From the NCBI RefSeq assembly GCF_009914755.1, contig NC_060936.1: 64,000 nt of DNA; one strand, 5' to 3'. This document shows positions 1-17,295 of this stretch, piece by piece. The position numbers were made by a program, and so were the translations under genes. The notes below the pieces were generated by a model. That model was not told the DNA's origin. It ran no database searches and was given only the letters and a program-made list of their open reading frames with translations. The first letter of the stretch is position 1. Each line of letters starts with the position of its first letter. The DNA comes from the human T2T-CHM13v2.0 reference genome, Homo sapiens.

Positions 1-78
1 ACTCCTCACCTCAGATGATCCACCCACCTTGTCCTCCCAAAGTGCTGGGATTACAGGCATGAGCCACTGTGCCCAGCA
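1..78 (-). mobile_element. Alu (partial, window edge)
   Basis: cctcccaaagtgctgggattacaggcatgagccact. Confidence 0.85.
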
Positions 79-707
79 GATTGTATTCTTAACCTCTGTG
101 TTCTAATGCTTTTGTTAGCCATACTGTGTTCTATTTGTCATATGCTCGTATGTAAGATATAGCTTATCTAAGGTAACATTATTGAAGAGTTTTAAGTTTG
201 TTCACAGTGCTGAGCATATGGTAGATAATACGTATTTGTGCTTGAATGAATTAAGGAATATGATGAGATGATAAAAATATTATAATTCATACAATATAAT
301 CATTGTTTAATTATTCTTGGCTTTGAGTAATAACATTGTCGTTTGAGTTATCTATAACATTGGCTATTTTGAAGCAATCTAAGACTATAAAATTTGGGAC
401 AGTGAAATTGCTTAACAATCTATTTATATTCCTAAATTCATTTTTTCTTGCTGGTACTCACTCAAAAAAAAAATCTGTGTGTTTTATTTAGAGTTTTTCC
501 TTTTTTGGGTTCCTCTGTTGAATTGTTTGTTGATTTGTTTGTGTTAAATGGCATTGTATTATAACAGATAATTCAGTTCTTATAGAAGAAGCCTTAAAGA
601 ATTTGGACATACTGGTCACAATAGTGAAGTCTGGTATTAAGTTTGGCCCCCGAAACTTTTGAAGTAGTAATGATCTTGAAATTTGCTTTATTTTGTGTCT
701 TTTTCAG

Positions 708-839
708 AATTCTCCACTTTACCAATACTTACAGGATCTGGGACACACAGACTTTGAAATATGTTCTTCTTTGTCACCAAAAACAGAAAAATGCACAACA
801 GAGGGACAACAAAAGCCTCCTACAAGAGTCCTACCAAAA
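708..839 (+). CDS. VEZT: VEZT coding exon 2 ([10 protein letters not shown]...RVLPK)
   Basis: ttttcag|AAT acceptor and AAA|gtaaga donor; 132 nt, phase 0/0; peptide recognised as vezatin N-terminus. Confidence 0.96.
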
Positions 840-1434
840 GTAAGAACGCATGCTCATTCTTTCTGGCCGAATCTTTTGCACTTTACCTTACTGGCTATTC
901 AGATACTTCTTAAGCACTTCCATATCCTCCCTCACACTGGTAAGACTATTTATTTCATCAATAGTACAAAACTTTCTGTTAGATAAACATGAATCCTTAC
1001 TGCTTTGGAATACTTTGTAGGTAATTTATATCCAGTGAGGAAATAATTTGGTAGAGAATTAAAATACATTACTTATTTAAATATTGATGCTATCCAAACA
1101 GAATCGAAAAAAATATACTAAAACTTTAATGAGAGCACAACTAATAGGAATCCTCTACTAACTGGATTTTTCTCTTTAAATCTTTTTTTTAAAAAACAGC
1201 ATGAATGACAAGAACGCAAATTGATATTTCTTAAACACAGTTTCAGGTGTAGATAATGGAGTGAGCATAACTTCTGGTGACTTTTTTATCTATAGAATTA
1301 AATACTTTTATACATTAAATATCTCATAGTCGATGTCCAGCATTGAGGCCGAGATACTAGAAAAATCTCCATTAATTATGTTCTACAAAATGCATTTTCT
1401 GGATTCATTTATGTCCTGCTAGCCATGTTTACTA

Positions 1435-1756
<322 letters not shown>

Positions 1757-2585
1757 CTATTTTTAGATGAGACAGCTGAAGCATAGGAGGATTATAAATT
1801 ATCATAGGTTACTTAGCTTGTAAGAGGTAGAGTTGGGATTAGAACCTGTACTTTACTCCGAGTTTATGTTCTTAACCTCTGTCTACATGTCTAGTATATT
1901 TTAGTTTTAACCAAAGGAATTGTAATTTAATAGAAAAAACATAACCAAATTTCCTCATTCCTTGAGCATTCTAGTTTAATCAGTGTTTTATCACTATTGA
2001 GAGGAGCATTTAAAACTTTCAATTAGTCATTTACAGGGAAAGTATGGATTGGCAGAAGGATCCTTTCCCCAATCTTCTTACAAAGACACCTAAAATGTGA
2101 GGTAACCAAGCTGGCCCATTTGTAATAGTCTAGTAAACACTAGAGAATTTTTTGACTAACACCCAGAAGGTGAGAGTTAGGAGAGTTAGAGCTCACATGG
2201 ATCAGAACCAGTTTTCCTAGTCCTCCATTTATACCATTTCTTCCCTGTGCCCCTTTTAAGAGTGAATGTTCCTGGGAAGTGGTTTGTATATAATAGGCTA
2301 TTTAATAAGCTTGGATTTGAGGTTACTTGGCAACACAAAACAAAGAATGGCCAGGGGATAGTCTTAGAGCAGCAGATGGTCATTGACCTCTAATTTTTTG
2401 TTTTGTTTTGTTTTGATACAAACTTGGGTTTTATAGGTATTATTGTCATTTATGACAAGTATTTTTATATATAGAAATGTTGTTGCTAGTTTATAAATAA
2501 GTCAAGTGAGAGTTTAAAATTGAATCCCCTCAGAAACTGAGGAACAATAAAAAGCATAGCCAGAGGTTGTTTTAAAAAATTACCA

Positions 2586-3410
<825 letters not shown>

Positions 3411-3907
3411 AATTTTTTTCCTAATTTGGGGAGAGCTAAATTTTAGAAAACTTGTTGTATTGTTTAGCTCATTGTCAGGGAATGTATGTTTAGAATTGCT
3501 CCCAAAATTCTGTTCAAGGAATGAAGTATCAATTATTTCCTCTGAAAAGCTGTTTTTCTATGAGTTCTTAATGAAACCATCCTTAGCATTAATTGCTCTC
3601 TCTTTTTTAACTTTATTTTTGCATATGCTTGTTAGTAGTTGTTAAGTAGTCTGCCCTGATATTCTTACTATGAATATTCATTCTGTCTCTTTTTCTGGTT
3701 TCTTTTCCTGTGATTATTCTTAAATTCATTCCATAGAGTTTTAGCAGCAGGCTTCTCGTTGGCTTGATATCTTCTCTGGGGATCTCATCTACTTTCTTGC
3801 CACTTATGTCCATTCTCCAGGCTTTGCTGAGTTCCAGGTGCTTGTTAGACATTTTCTTCTACATGTGCCCCACAAAGCTCAGATTCAACTTGTCTAAAAT
3901 AGGACTT

Positions 3908-4041
3908 CCTCAGACACCCCCAAAACAAACAAACAAAAAATGTTCCTTTTAATAGTCCCAAATCACTACCCCCTCAGACACCCCCAAAACAAACAAACAA
4001 AAAGTGTTCTTTTTAATAGTCCCAAATCACCACCCTCTCAG
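3908..4041. repeat. 64-bp tandem duplication (2 copies)
   Basis: cctcagacacccccaaaacaaacaaacaaaaa... starts at 3908 and again at 3972. Confidence 0.9.
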
Positions 4042-4190
4042 TTACCATACCATTTCCAATCGCGCTGACATAGCCTTGGTCATCAAGTGATACATCAAGT
4101 CAGCTTCTGTGTCTCTTAAATCTAACTCTTATTCATGATCTTTTTTGTACTCATTACCTAACTTAAAGGCCTTTATTGTTATTTAGCTGA

Positions 4191-5115
<925 letters not shown>

Positions 5116-5134
5116 CTCGTTCTTCCCTTCTTTG

Positions 5135-5350
5135 TTAAATTCCTACTCATCCGTTAGGACTGAACTCCAGTGTTAGCTCCTCTCTGACCTCCTCTTTTCC
5201 AATACTTTTTCAGACTTTACATTGATTGTAATTCTTTATATTGTCTCTTCTTCTATACTAAGTTCTTGAAAACAATAGTTACATGTATTTATCTTTTTTC
5301 CCATGACCCTTTGCAGTACCTGGGATATAGTAATCACTCAATGAATATAA
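5135..5350 (+). mobile_element. L2 3' end fragment overlapping the alternative exon
   Basis: cagtacctgggatatagtaatcactcaatgaatat resembles the L2 terminus cagtgcctggcacatagtaggtgctcaataaatat. Confidence 0.55.
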
Positions 5351-5389
5351 ACTGCACTTACTGGCATGCTCAAGGAATGGGCTATTAAG
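5317..5389 (+). CDS. VEZT: VEZT alternative cassette exon; ATG at 5366 encodes MLKEWAIK in frame with exon 3
   Basis: ccctttgcag|TAC acceptor, AAG|gtaaat donor; MLKEWAIK recalled as N-terminus of a shorter vezatin isoform. Confidence 0.75.
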
Positions 5390-5609
5390 GTAAATTGAAT
5401 TTTTGGTTGATTCAGTAGTAAAGCTTTTTTATCAATATATGACAGTTTTTCTAAAATGGTCAAAGTATCTTTTTGACTTAGTATTGTGGAATGAAATGGT
5501 CTTAATATTTGAGAACTTGTAACCACCCTATGATTTTTCTTTCTGAAATAAATACTATCATCATGTTGACATAGTACATAGTCTCCCCAGGATAAATGGG
5601 CTGCTTCAG

Positions 5610-5755
5610 AATGACTTCTGCCTGCTCTTTAAAAATCGGATTTTCAGGCCTCATTCCAAATGTATTGAATCAGAATCTTTAGTTTGGGGGCCCAAGAATA
5701 TGTTTCTAACTAAAATCTCCAGGTGATCCTGATATGCAACAAAATTTAGGAACTA
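5610..5755. mobile_element. MER5A-like fragment
   Basis: gaatcagaatc...ggggcccaagaat...ctccaggtgatcctgat. Confidence 0.5.
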
Positions 5756-5916
5756 ATAAGGAGGCTGAGATGTACTGACAAGGTATATAACCTGGACAAT
5801 TTTTTTCTTCCTTTTCTGATATAAATTCTCATTGATTGGAGGTAAGTACTTTGAAGTTTTTCTGCTGTTTGGGTATGCTTTTAATAATCCTATACAATGT
5901 CATTCATTTCCTTCAG

Positions 5917-6006
5917 CAAGGTATCCTGTTAAAAGTGGCTGAAACCATCAAAAGTTGGATTTTTTTTTCTCAGTGCAATAAGAAAGATGACTTACTTCAC
6001 AAGTTG
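5917..6006 (+). CDS. VEZT: VEZT coding exon 3 (QGILLKVAE...LLHKL)
   Basis: ttccttcag|CAA, TTG|gtaagt; 90 nt, phase 0/0. Confidence 0.96.
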
Positions 6007-8159
6007 GTAAGTGGTCACTTCTTTTTGCCACTTTTCAGGGTTCTAGGTTATTAGTGAAATAATTGGTGAATCAGAATTTGTTTTGCTATCAATTTGGCCA
6101 GCAATTGATTTTTACTAGAGATTCTGCAGTAACTCAGGATCTTTTAATTTGGGCTTACTGGTATTGTTTATAGCTTTTAAAGAGGTTATTAGCCACTCAG
6201 AATGGAATACTCTGATAGTTATTGAAACGTTATTTGTTAGATTGCTAATTTACTATTGCCCTCTTCCTCCATTGACAGGTATCCCTCTCTATAGGTAAAG
6301 GAATATGTCATTAGTGGGATCAATTCAATCTGTTAAATCACAGAATTTCCCAAAGACTCGAAACAGTCAACCTGAAAGGTCTTTGTGATTTTTGTGAGGC
6401 TTTGTTTTTTTCTACTCTCTGCTGTAACAGAACTCCAGGGGGGAAATACTTCAACCTTCTGACGTCCTAACAATACAAAATCCAGGGAGTATAGCCTAAA
6501 AATTCAAGTTATGTGGTTCTCATGGCTCCCAGAAGGAGTAATGTAGTTACAAGTAAGCAGGTTTCAGGATCTCTGCTGGCCTGTAACCTTAAGAATTATC
6601 ATTCCTGTAAATTAACATTTGTAAGGAGATTGTTTACAAAGTGCTTTCACATTTTGATTTGGTAATCTAAACAACACTATAAGATTTAGTCTGCTTCAGT
6701 AACGAGAAAACCAAGGTTCAGACAATCAGTTTGTTTTAATAACTTACTGAGTGAATTGTCTAAAAATGTTCAGCTAGAAAGTGATAGAGCCAGAATTTGA
6801 ACCCAGGTCTCTTGGTTCCAAAGCCATGCTCTTTCTGCTATAGCATACGACCTCTCTAGCTCAAGTATTATTATTTTTCGGCTGACTAAAATTACTTTTT
6901 TAGCAATCCAAATTGTCAAGTTCTTTGTTCAGGGTTTCATCTTTGTTGAAGGTGTATTGAGAAGGTCAATGAAGTGTCTTATCGTCTACATATAATGCCA
7001 TTTTTATCCAGGTGGAGCCATCTCATTCTTCAGTGATACTAGGACTGTGGTAAGGTATATGGATCCATATACATTTTTCTGTGATTTAGTCATAGTCTGC
7101 CTAGGCCTGGTCTTTTCATTCTTGATTCTGTGTCACTGGCCACATGTTTCATGTGATGTTTCACTATACAGTGCCAGCTTCTGTATGCATCCCTTTTGTG
7201 CCTATATTATGGAGAACTATAAGAATACATACCTAAGGATTAGTTTACTAGTAATGGAACAAGAAATTGCCAAGGTGGCTTTTGGCGTGAGATTGCTTGA
7301 CTTTTTCCCCTTGATTGTGACGTATTTAAAATGTTGTTAGCTATACAGATATTGAAGCAGGCCCTCATTTCTTTTGTAAGAATATTGGCAATTGCTCTGT
7401 GATATCTGAACATTTTACTAATGTTCATTTTTATAGTACTTTTCTTAAAAATTAAAAAAATCCTTTATAGCAACCATGATGGGTAGTGGTAATGGCACTT
7501 TTTAAGTGCCTTTTAGCTTATAAAGTGCTTTCACACGTGTTATCTTATTTGATCCTTGTATAAAAAGCCCCATGATATCCAAAGTGATTAAGATCTTTGA
7601 AGAATACTGACAAATGAATAAGTTCTCTTCTTCATCCCTAAGGAAAAAGAAATCAAAATCTCTTAATTTTTTATCTGTGCCTTCTCATAACCTTTCATTT
7701 CATCCATGCAGAAAGGAATTCCTAAGTACTTTCTCATGCCACTTCCCTATTTAGATCCTGGAAAGATCTTTATCAATCAAATCAAGTCCAAATTTGTCAC
7801 GTCAGCACTAAAGAGTCTGCATAATTTGGCCCTAACCTACCTTTCCAGCTTTGTCCACCAGTATTTGTATCAATGAACCCAGTCTTCATTTTCCTTTATT
7901 CCGTACTTATTCTGTATGTCTATGTTTGTGCTCTTATACTGTGATGGAATACTTTCTGTTTTTTTTTTCTTGATCCATTAGAATCTTTTCAATAAGCACT
8001 CCTAGCTTTTTCTCAAAGCTTTCCCGAAACTTCAGCCTATTGTGTCTCTTATTTTCTGCATCAACCTAGTAATAATTACTTTGTGTTCTATAAGTTTTTG
8101 TATTGTAATATATCCAACGTGTGCTTTTCTTTATTGTTTCAGTTATTGCATAGATAGTG

Positions 8160-8375
8160 ACAACAGTAATAGCTAACATACAGTGCTTACTATGAGCCAC
8201 TCTTCTTGGTATTTTATAGATACTGACTTATTTAATCCTCATAACAACCCTGTGAAGTAGCTACTGTTATTATCCCACTTTTGCCAAAGAGGAAACTGGC
8301 ACAGAGAGCTTATTAACATGCTTAAGTTGTGGAGCAAGGATATAAAGCTAGACACTAAGTCCTGGCACTCAGACT
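8160..8375 (-). mobile_element. MIR
   Basis: atttaatcctcataacaaccctgtgaagtag...gaggaaactggcacagagag. Confidence 0.7.
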
Positions 8376-8839
8376 TGTTGAAAATGTGCCAAAGTTTACA
8401 TAGTACACATCCCAGGAGCATAGAGCCTCCAGCCATGCAGGTGATACCTGCTAATATTTAAATCGATCAGAATTAGCACCTTTTCAGTTTCTTCATTTGT
8501 TTGAGACCTGGATCTGGGCTTCCCAGTCCAAATAGTACTGTCATGACATGTTTCTTAATTTGCAGGTGTCAGTTTTTCTGGTAGTTTGATTGTTACCTTG
8601 TAACACAGTTAACATGTTTTCTGCAGTTCTTATTTTTATAATCAAAGAGTAATATCTAATTTTACATTTTATCCTTAAGAAAGAAACTTAATTCATTAAT
8701 CTGATTCAATTTAAACCGTTATAATAATCAGAATATAGTTCAAGTTTTTCCTCTACGTGAGGCAATCTAATCACTAAGATAACATTGTTTTAGTTATTTG
8801 GAGTGTCTTGGTGCCTTTCAAGTTTATTTGTATTCATAG

Positions 8840-9266
<427 letters not shown>

Positions 9267-10153
9267 TAAGTCTGATGCCAGGGAATGGTGTTAAAGAAAG
9301 TGAGTAACTGATTAAGTAGAATATCTGTGAAGAGAGAGCACTGCCATTGAATATTACTGGCTTTTCCACTCTCTGTCAGCTTTAGCCTTCAACTCGTTAG
9401 GCTTCTTCAAACTTACCTTATATAGGTACATAGAAGTCTCATAAAAGGTATGGTCTAAAGCTTTTGTAGCAAAAGTTTGATTTTTAATACTTGCATTGAA
9501 TATGGCTGTGTCTAATTGGGGAACCAAATAGTAAGATCAATTTCAGAGATTACTCAAAAAGCTACCATGCCCCTGCGCTCCTTTTTTCTCCCCTCTGAAC
9601 AATAGTATAAAGTGAGTTGTGTTGCTCTGTTTTTATGAAAGTGGGGTGGGATGTCAAATTAAGTGGTTCCTAATGTTAGAATCAGAATTGTGGGAAGAGA
9701 GAAGAGGCAGTTGTTCAAATATGAAACATAAAAGTGCTGCAGAGGTACATGCAGAGTGTGTCAGTAGATGGTAAAAAAAAAAAAAAAAAAGCCATATCAG
9801 GCTAAAAGAAAGATCAACATTCCATTGAGAAGATGCTCTCTTTTTGGACTGAAGATAAATAAAATATATCTAAATGCACCTAATATTAAAAATCTTCTTC
9901 TCTAAAAGTGGCATATAACCCTGATCAAGAGGTCATGGGCTCAGTTTGATATATGGTTCACCTCATTCTTACTGAAGTCCTCATTATGATCAGCGAGGCC
10001 TGGAATGTGTGGTGTGGGGATGATTAAATTAACTAAGAAGAGCAAACCTGTTGCCTTCACACCCTAGACCTAACAGGTTTTACTTTAATTGTTAATGGCC
10101 TTGTCCATCATTCTCTTTATTTTGATCATATAGTAGGATCACTCTAGTACTAA

Positions 10154-10489
<336 letters not shown>

Positions 10490-11674
10490 TAAATTTAATA
10501 CAAAATACAACTTTAAATTTTCTTTTGAGGCAGACTATATGCAGGGAAACACAGCTACCAAACGCTTAGGATTTGAAATCAAAATTCTGGAAAGTTACTT
10601 AATCTCTTTGGGCTTTGGTGTTCTCCCCTACATAATGGAGAGGAGGATGATAAGGTACATCACAGGGTTACTGTGAGAATTCACCTATCTGCCCTAACAG
10701 TGCTACCTCATCTCTCACCTCTCTACCATGTGCACTCTGTGCACAATCTATTAATAATATCATCTAATATCGACGACTCACACTTCCCCAAATTAGAAAG
10801 GCTTTTATCCTGTACCATCCCACTTCTCCAACTCCTTTGTCTGGTCAATTTTTGTTCATCCTTTAAAACTTAGCTCAGGCTTCACCTCTTTTACTTTCTC
10901 TGACTTCATTACAGGCTTGGTCCCTCTATGCCATTTTCATAGTACTCTAGGTGTATTTCATCACACTCCTTTGCATGTTATATTGCAACTGTTTACTTTT
11001 TGGGTCACTTCATTAAACTACGAACTCTTTAAGAATAGAGACTTGTATATCTTTTTCATTTTGTGTCTTCAGTGTCAAGCCTGATGCCTGGCTTATAGAA
11101 GATATTCCTTGATAGATGAATAGAAAGAAGAGAAGGAGAAATAAATGAGCTCGTATATGTGAAGGCATTTTGTAAACTATAAAGTGCTATGCAAATGTTA
11201 GTGTGATTTTACATTGCATTCCTTAATAGTGTATTTTTAAATATCTGAATATCCATTTTTAGGAGGCCTTGATCCTGCTAATAAAATTCTTAAATATTGG
11301 CTATATTGTTACAGCTTCAGGGACAGCATCTTTTATGTTATAGGATTATATTTTCCATGTCGTGCCCTAGCAATTTAATCAATTAGGCTTAACTAGACAA
11401 GTTTGTTAATCTGTAATTACTTTACATCTTGTTATTAAAAATTTATCTTTTACATCTGATGGCTCAATAATGTCTATCTCAACCTTTACTGTTTCACATT
11501 TACAGTGAAAATAAAACCCAGCTATCATACTGAAGGTAGATTGGACTGTTGTTTCTTCTTGAAGTATCTTCTGAAAATAAACACCACCAAATTTTATTAG
11601 TACATTAGGAGCTTAGCGTTTAATGCAATATTATATATGTGTTAATACCTCTCTTCTGGTATTTTAATGGCAAG

Positions 11675-11850
11675 GATATTGGATTCCGACTCGACTCATT
11701 ACATACCATCCTGCAACAGGAAGTCCTGTTACAAGAGGATGTGGAGCTGATTGAGCTACTTGATCCCAGTATCCTGTCTGCAGGGCAATCTCAACAACAG
11801 GAAAATGGACACCTTCCAACACTTTGCTCCCTGGCAACCCCTAATATTTG
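11675..11850 (+). CDS. VEZT: VEZT coding exon 4 (DIGFRLDSL...TPNIW)
   Basis: caag|GAT, TG|gtactg; 176 nt, phase 0/2; joins exon 5 as TG+G=Trp. Confidence 0.94.
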
Positions 11851-12137
11851 GTACTGTCCAGAAAACACCTATTCTTTGACTGCTTACATACAGAGTATTA
11901 GCAGAGGAAACCCATCATTGTGCTCTCCATTGTAAAGGCATAAACATTCCATACATTTAGCAGTACAATTAAAGTAACAATATGGGGGGAAAAAGTGCCT
12001 TTCTAAAGTAAATACTATTTAAAGTGAAGCTAGGGAAAAAAATCCAATTTGGTTATTATATACTTCCAACTCATTAAAATTAGTTCTGTGCTCAGCAACC
12101 TAGCAAATGGGTATAACAAGTGCCAAAAAGTTACTCT

Positions 12138-12440
<303 letters not shown>

Positions 12441-13204
12441 TTATTTTACCCATACACCTATTCACATGTGTGCATGCAAACCTAACCTTCTTTGTGTTTC
12501 TTTATAATTAATAGGTTTTATCGTAACTATATTGTAGAGACACCAAGAATAGGATGGGACATGGAGGTAGGCAGTTGATTCTGGCTGTGTTGGCTGAGAA
12601 AAGATCACAGGGAATGTGATTTGATGATTCATTCAGACCATCCTAAAACTTTTCAACCTCTTGAACTATTTGGGTCTAGAGCAGAAGTCCCAAGCAATAA
12701 TCTGTTAAAAGAAAAAAAAAGAATGTGTAGCAAAAAGCGATTATATATAAAAAATTATTGATGTCTTCTTCCTGTTAAAGTACTTTATTAAATTTGACAT
12801 AGAAGGGAGGAATGAATCAAGAAGTACACTAAATCACTATTCAAACTGTTCAAGTTATATAGGCAGTTACATTCATTGGCCTCAAGGTTCTGTATTTATG
12901 TCTTCCCTGTCACACTGACAAATGCTTCATTCTGCAGTCACTCAGATATGATCATGAAGAAGTAAAGCTTCTTATCCTTCAAAAATACAAGAATTTAAGG
13001 AGCTGATAGAAGGAACCATAGGTTTTAAGAATTTACTACTTTACTAACTTTCCTTTACCCACAAATATAATCAAGCAACTATGAGACCTATAAATGATTT
13101 TAGAGTTTACTATTAACATACAAAAGTATATGATGAGATTTTGCTTTATGGTATTGCCAGTATTATCTGAAAAGTAAAGGATTCTAAAGGAAATTAGGGC
13201 AAAT

Positions 13205-13624
13205 ATTTATTTATTTACTTATTTTTTGAGACAGGGTCTCTGTTGCTCAGGCTGGAGTACAGTGGTGTGACCTCAGCTCACTGCAGCCTCAGCCTCCTAG
13301 ACTCAAGTGATCCTCCTGCCCTAGCCTCCCAAATACCTGGGACTATAGGAGCATGCCACCATACCTGGCTAATTTTTGTATTTTTTTCAGAGACAGGGTT
13401 TTGCCATGTTGCCCAGGCTGGTCTTGAATTCCTGAACTCAAGTGATCTGCCTGCCTCAGCCTCCCAAAGTGCTGGGATTACAGGCACGAGCCCCTGCACC
13501 TGGCCAGGGCAAATATTTAATAAGAAATTGCATGTGATTTTCTTTGCAATATGATTATTATAACTCTTTCCAAATATTGCTGTTTTTCAGCTATTCTCAG
13601 ACACATCCCCCTTATACTCCCCTC

Positions 13625-13655
<31 letters not shown>

Positions 13656-13928
13656 TTTTGAGACAAGGTCCTGCTTTGCCACCCAGGCTGGAGTGCAGTG
13701 GCATGATCTCGGCTTACTGCAGCCTGCTCAAGTGATCCCTCCGCCTCAGCCTCCGAATAGCAGGGACTACGGATGCATGCAACCACACCCAGCTAATTTT
13801 TAAATTTTTTGTAGAGAAGGGGTCCTACTGTGTTGCCCAGTCTGGTCTCGAACTCCTGGGCTCAAGTGGTCCTCCCACCTGTGCCTCTCAAAGTGCTGAG
13901 ATTACAGGCGTGGGCCACTGTGCCTGGC
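13205..13928 (-). mobile_element. Two AluJ-like elements (13205-13505, 13624-13928)
   Basis: Alu reverse consensus. Confidence 0.88.
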
Positions 13929-15125
13929 CCCCTCTTTCTTATATATACACATTTTCACCAAAGCATTCATTGCTTTAAAGATGTATTTTAGTCTGTTAGA
14001 CTTGCAATTGATATGAATTTTAAAATGTGTACATATTTTTGTTTCAATTAAAGTAGTATAAAAGTACAAACCTTGTCCATATCATGGTCTGTGGTAAGTA
14101 TGTATATTCCAAATTGATGATGATTATTTAAAATTAGAGGACTTTATTCAAACAATTACTCATCAAGTGTGTATCATTTCTAATTGGAAAAATGTGTACA
14201 TATTCTTGATCTAGTATGTGTTTCTATGCAAATAAAGTTTGATTTTAGGAAAAGGGATTTATAATATCTCTGAAATAGTATTTTTACTTTTAAATCTATA
14301 AAATCGGATTTTAAAATCTCTAATTTGCTTTTTAGGTTAAGGATTCCATACATTTTTTATTTTTTTAAAAGTGGTTTCAGAAGATGCCTATTGTTATATT
14401 TATTATCATTTTTATTAATGTCATAAAGAGAAATGTAGCAATTTCTTTGGGGTCACAGAAGAGGGGTTGGCTAAAATTAGAAGTAACTATTTCAAGCTTT
14501 TGGCAAAATCTTCACAGAAGACTTGGTGTCAGAGGAAGGTTTGAACGCATAGGATTTTGGTATTAAATATAAGATGACACCAGGCAAAAAGGAAAGAGAA
14601 GGAAGAGATGTTCTGGTTTACAATGCTTGGAGTTGAGGGCTGGGATGCTGATCTGACTCAAGACATGTTCTGGGCCAACTTCTGAAGGATTTTGTAGACT
14701 GAGCTAATGAAGTTTGATTTTATCCTGCAGGCGATGGGTGGTATTTCTAGCTCCAGATTCTGTATATGTAGGAAATGTAGAGGCCTTTTGTTGGTTCTGC
14801 CCAGCATTCAGTCAGCACCTACAGAGAATTTGAGTTTCTTTTGTGAAATCAGCTTTACCTGATTCCAGAAGATACCTGTTTTCTTACTTAAATTTATCAG
14901 CTCAGATGTTAATACCTAAGCACTATTGTCTAGTTGCGAGGTATTTTAAAAATCTTTCACATCACCTTCTTAAATGTCATATATTTTTAAGTTATGCTTT
15001 ACAAAGAAGCTAGCATTTTATTTATTTAGTAAACCTAAATTTAAATTTTGTTTTTACTGATTAAAGTAATTCATCTTTCTTTCTCTAATCTGATGCATAT
15101 CATTTTCTTCCTTTCTTGTTCCCAG

Positions 15126-15401
15126 GGATCTCTCAATGCTATTTGCCTTCATTAGCTTGCTCGTTATGCTTCCCACTTGGTGGATTGTGTCTTCCTGGCT
15201 GGTATGGGGAGTGATTCTATTTGTGTATCTGGTCATAAGAGCTTTGAGATTATGGAGGACAGCCAAACTACAAGTGACCCTAAAAAAATACAGCGTTCAT
15301 TTGGAAGATATGGCCACAAACAGCCGAGCTTTTACTAACCTCGTGAGAAAAGCTTTACGTCTCATTCAAGAAACCGAAGTGATTTCCAGAGGATTTACAC
15401 T
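15126..15401 (+). CDS. VEZT: VEZT coding exon 5, hydrophobic/transmembrane segments (DLSMLFAF...SRGFTL)
   Basis: cccag|G, CT|gtgagt; 276 nt, phase 2/2. Confidence 0.96.
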
Positions 15402-16509
15402 GTGAGTTCATTTTTTATTTTATTTCTTAAATGATTATTTTCTATTCCATAAAGGAGAATATTTATTACCTATTTTCATTTCTATGTTGCATTTATAGGA
15501 AAAAAAAGTGCTTTTCTCTTTAGTACTTACTAAAGTCAATTAACTGCTAAGTGAAGGAATAAATACATTATGTGCTAGATTTAATATGTAGTATGATTCT
15601 GCCTATCTGCTTTGAGGAACTAAAGTACTTTGGAGATCATGATTATTTCTGTATGTTACCATGTGATTATATGAGATAATATATAGAGAGTGTCTGATAC
15701 TGAACCTAACGTGCAGTAGTTACCCAGTAAATGCTTGCTCCCATTACTCCCTTTCAAATGCCTTCTTTATGATAGACGTATCTGCTATAAATGCATTTTG
15801 AAAACTCTTGACATGTACTAATAACTGTTCAGGTAAATATTAGCAGATATTATAGCACTGATACTCTCAGAATATCATGCAAATAGTGATGTTTTCCATT
15901 CTTACAGGAAATTAAATATTCACCAGTCTAGCTGTAAGTATATTAAGCTGTAGGATATATTGACTACTTAATCTATTATTAAAGGGAAAGTTACATTTAT
16001 TGAGCACCAACTATATTCCATATACTATGCTAGTCACTTTTGCATACAACTAAAGGCATAGAATTATAAATGGTAAATATTCATATCCATTCCATCTGAT
16101 TCTAAACCCGGCTTGCAGTACACTGGACACCTGCCAAACACTAACAGATGACAGTTGTGTGCTAGTATATTTAATAATTTATATAACCTATATAACTTTT
16201 GCAATCTATAGGTGGGGGAAAGTAAGCATATGGTGAAGAACATTCATAGCTCTTAATTAGTCGTATCTAGAAAATCATGAAAAGAGGGAGTGAAGAACCT
16301 CTGGTAGCCATCGCATCCTTCACTCTGTTCTGCTCTAGAACATTACACAATCTTGAGATAAACACTGTTTCTAAAAAATCATGGAATAGAGAAATGGAAG
16401 AATCCCAGTAGTTATCTTGTTCTTTACTCTCTTGTGTTCTACACACAATCCCAAGACATAAGATGGATTTTATAATTTCTCTTTCTTCTCAATCAAAGTA
16501 TAAAAGTCA

Positions 16510-17295
<786 letters not shown>

